Part shown: in pieces, positions 15,079-16,985 of the stretch
Numbering within the stretch: the first letter of the stretch is position 1
Layout of the letters: the number at the start of each line of letters is the position of its first letter
Position numbers and translations under genes: made by a program
Notes under the pieces: generated by a model
The model's input: the letters and a program-made list of their open reading frames with translations, nothing else
Databases searched by the model: none
Told to the model about the DNA's origin: nothing
NCBI GenBank assembly: GCA_051747585.1
Contig: JBNJGH010000074.1
Span: 1-16,985, forward strand
DNA from: Candidatus Rifleibacteriota bacterium
Lineage (GTDB): Bacteria > Muiribacteriota > Ozemobacteria > Ozemobacterales > Ozemobacteraceae
Reading direction: 5' to 3'
Length of the DNA: 16,985 nt

Positions 15079-16985
15079 ATGCAGAGAAACAAAAGTCTGC
15101 AAACATATCTGGTTGCTGTCTTTTTATTGGCAGCAATGTTTTCTTCTGCAGCTTACAGCCAGAGTCAGCAATCAAGAACGACCGGTTTTCGCAAATCAGT
15201 AAGCTTTCCCACTCAGCCTCAGGCTAATGGATCTTTTTACCCGGTGGTCAGGAAACCTGCAGCCCCAAAACGGACATCTTCAAGAAAACCTGGCTGGATC
15301 GACCTTGGGAATGGCGCAAAAATGAAAGTTTCTGCCAACAAATCTGAACAGGAAAAAAAACTTTCACCAGATGTTTTAGAAACCTTAAAAAATCTTAAGC
15401 AAAAAGAACCCGAAAAATCATATCAGCTAAACTCTGAAGCTTCGCCGGTAACAGGAGCACTCACCCAGGGGCTTGAGCCACCCGCAGGCTCAGAGCAACA
15501 AGAAGAAATTGGTGTATCGGAATCAAAACTTCATTTCCCGGCTGGTAAAAATATACGGATTCAGGCACTTGACTTCAGAAATACACCGGTATCGGATGCA
15601 TTGCGCTCTCTGGCCCAGTTAATTGACATCAATCTCATGCTTTCACCACAAATTCAGGGAAACGTTACCATTCTTTTCAGTGATGTTACTATCGAAGAAG
15701 CTTTTAACACCCTGATGACCAGTTATGACCTGTCTTATGCATGGGCAGGAAACATTCTAAGGGTGTTTCCAAAATCTGAAGCTCCGCTGATTACCAGGAT
15801 TTTCTCGGTTCAACATACCAATGCGACAGACATAAAAACTATTATTGATCGCATGCTTACCGAAGGTCGGGGTTCTTCTGAAATAGACACAAGAACCAAT
15901 TCACTTATGGTAACAGATACTGCTGCCAAACTGGCAGAGATAAAAACTCTTCTACCTCAAATTGACGTCAGAGAAAGCAGTGTTGACATTAGCTCAAGAC
16001 CCCTCACGGAAGTATTTTATCTGGATTACGCTGACGCCAGCACTCTGATTGATCCAATAAAAATGCTGTCAACCGGTGTCCAGATTCAGGAATTTTCATC
16101 AAGCTCCGCTTCTCAAGCCGGTGCAGGTGGTGGCGAAGGCACCGGACGAAAGGATATGATGATTATTACCGATACGCAAAATAACCTGCAAAGAATCAGA
16201 GAACTGGTAGAAAAGCTGGATGTTTCACCGATTCAAATTACAATTGACGCTCATATTTTTGAAATCGACAAAAACGAAGAAGAACGGCTTGGGGTTAACT
16301 GGCAAAAATCTATCCCTATTGCCGGGACAGATGAAAACTTGTTTGAAATGACAGTTGCACCCGAAGATGCCGACGCCGGCGGCACAGGCGTATTTAGATT
16401 CGGAAGCCTCGATATAAACCAGTTCACTGCATTGCTGGCAATGCTTAAAACCCATAGCTTTGCAAAAGTATTGAGTAATCCGGTTATTACAACTCTTAAT
16501 AACAGAGAAGCAAATATTACCGTTGGCCAGTCTATACCCTATGTTTCTGCTTCACAGGTTAATGCTGAAACCGGACAGGTTACTAACACCATTGCTCAGG
16601 CCAATGCCAATATTTCTCTTATTGTAACCCCTTCGGTTACAGGCAATGACGAAGTTTTTCTCGATATTCAACCAACAATTTCAAGTGTACTCGGATTTAC
16701 CGAACTTGGTGGAAATTCTACACCCAACTTGAGCACAAGAAGTGCGGTAACTCAGGTAATTTGCCAGAATAACCACACAATCGTAATTGGTGGTATGATT
16801 AAAACAGACAAAAGCGAATCAACCAGTAAAGTTCCTTTTCTCGGTGACTTGCCCGGAATCGGCAAATTTTTTCAAAAGAAAACTCAACGAGAAACTCGCA
16901 CCGAGCTTATAATTTTTATTACTCCGCATATAGTTAACCGGGAATCAAACAAACCGATTAATTTTGCCGAACAAAATCAAAAATA
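15079..16985 (+). CDS. Secretin, PilQ/GspD family (stop codon not within window; absent from ORF track)
   Basis: Manual translation is open to the window end: signal peptide MQRNKSLQTYLVAVFLLAAMFSSAAYS; N0 LDFRNTPVSDALRSLAQLIDINL...GNILRV; two N-domain repeats (IDTRTNSLMVTD; MIITDTQNNLQRIRELVEKLD); secretin domain QITIDAHIFE, LGVNW, VLSNPVITTLNNREANITVG, IVIGGMI, KVPFLGDLPGIGKFF, TELIIFITPHIV. In-frame TTG at 15070 fits SD AGGAG (15059-15063) and is an alternative start. Confidence 0.95.
   Translation, partial: MQRNKSLQTYLVAVFLLAAMFSSAAYSQSQQSRTTGFRKSVSFPTQPQANGSFYPVVRKPAAPKRTSSRKPGWIDLGNGAKMKVSANKSEQEKKLSPDVLETLKNLKQKEPEKSYQLNSEASPVTGALTQGLEPPAGSEQQEEIGVSESKLHFPAGKNIRIQALDFRNTPVSDALRSLAQLIDINLMLSPQIQGNVTILFSDVTIEEAFNTLMTSYDLSYAWAGNILRVFPKSEAPLITRIFSVQHTNATDIKTIIDRMLTEGRGSSEIDTRTNSLMVTDTAAKLAEIKTLLPQIDVRESSVDISSRPLTEVFYLDYADASTLIDPIKMLSTGVQIQEFSSSSASQAGAGGGEGTGRKDMMIITDTQNNLQRIRELVEKLDVSPIQITIDAHIFEIDKNEEERLGVNWQKSIPIAGTDENLFEMTVAPEDADAGGTGVFRFGSLDINQFTALLAMLKTHSFAKVLSNPVITTLNNREANITVGQSIPYVSASQVNAETGQVTNTIAQANANISLIVTPSVTGNDEVFLDIQPTISSVLGFTELGGNSTPNLSTRSAVTQVICQNNHTIVIGGMIKTDKSESTSKVPFLGDLPGIGKFFQKKTQRETRTELIIFITPHIVNRESNKPINFAEQNQK

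Noticed and set aside
112..16455. Short alternative-frame ORFs in the track (e.g. 112-426, 433-762, 1408-1716, 4349-4741, 8678-8923, 12238-12513, 13680-14006, 16225-16455)
   Set aside because: They lie within or largely overlap well-supported genes on the opposite strand or another frame and have no recognisable motifs; treated as shadow ORFs.

Overview
Bacterial genomic window (lineage not established; AT-rich, diderm because it encodes a secretin). It holds a type IV filament (T4aP/T2SS-like) gene cluster interrupted by a lower-GC surface-modification cassette. Left: a 5'-truncated PilB/GspE ATPase and a PilC/GspF platform gene run straight into six tightly coupled genes: SAM methyltransferase, GT2, polyprenol-phosphate GT2, DUF2304, a membrane-anchored glycerophosphodiesterase (GDPD) and an LtaS-family phosphoglycerol transferase. 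Centre: a convergent STT3/AglB-like oligosaccharyltransferase (OST), divergent from a GspG-like pilin that has its own sigma70 promoter and terminator. Right: a PilM-PilN fusion, PilO, a PilP/GspC-like protein, a lipoprotein and a secretin that runs off the 3' end and is missing from the ORF track. The most interesting hypothesis is a pilus-dedicated glycosylation system: an archaeal-style OST, a lipid-monophosphate sugar donor, methylation, and a paired glycerophosphate writer/eraser. No RNA genes, CRISPR arrays or mobile elements were seen. All calls come from motif recognition by eye; no database searches were run.
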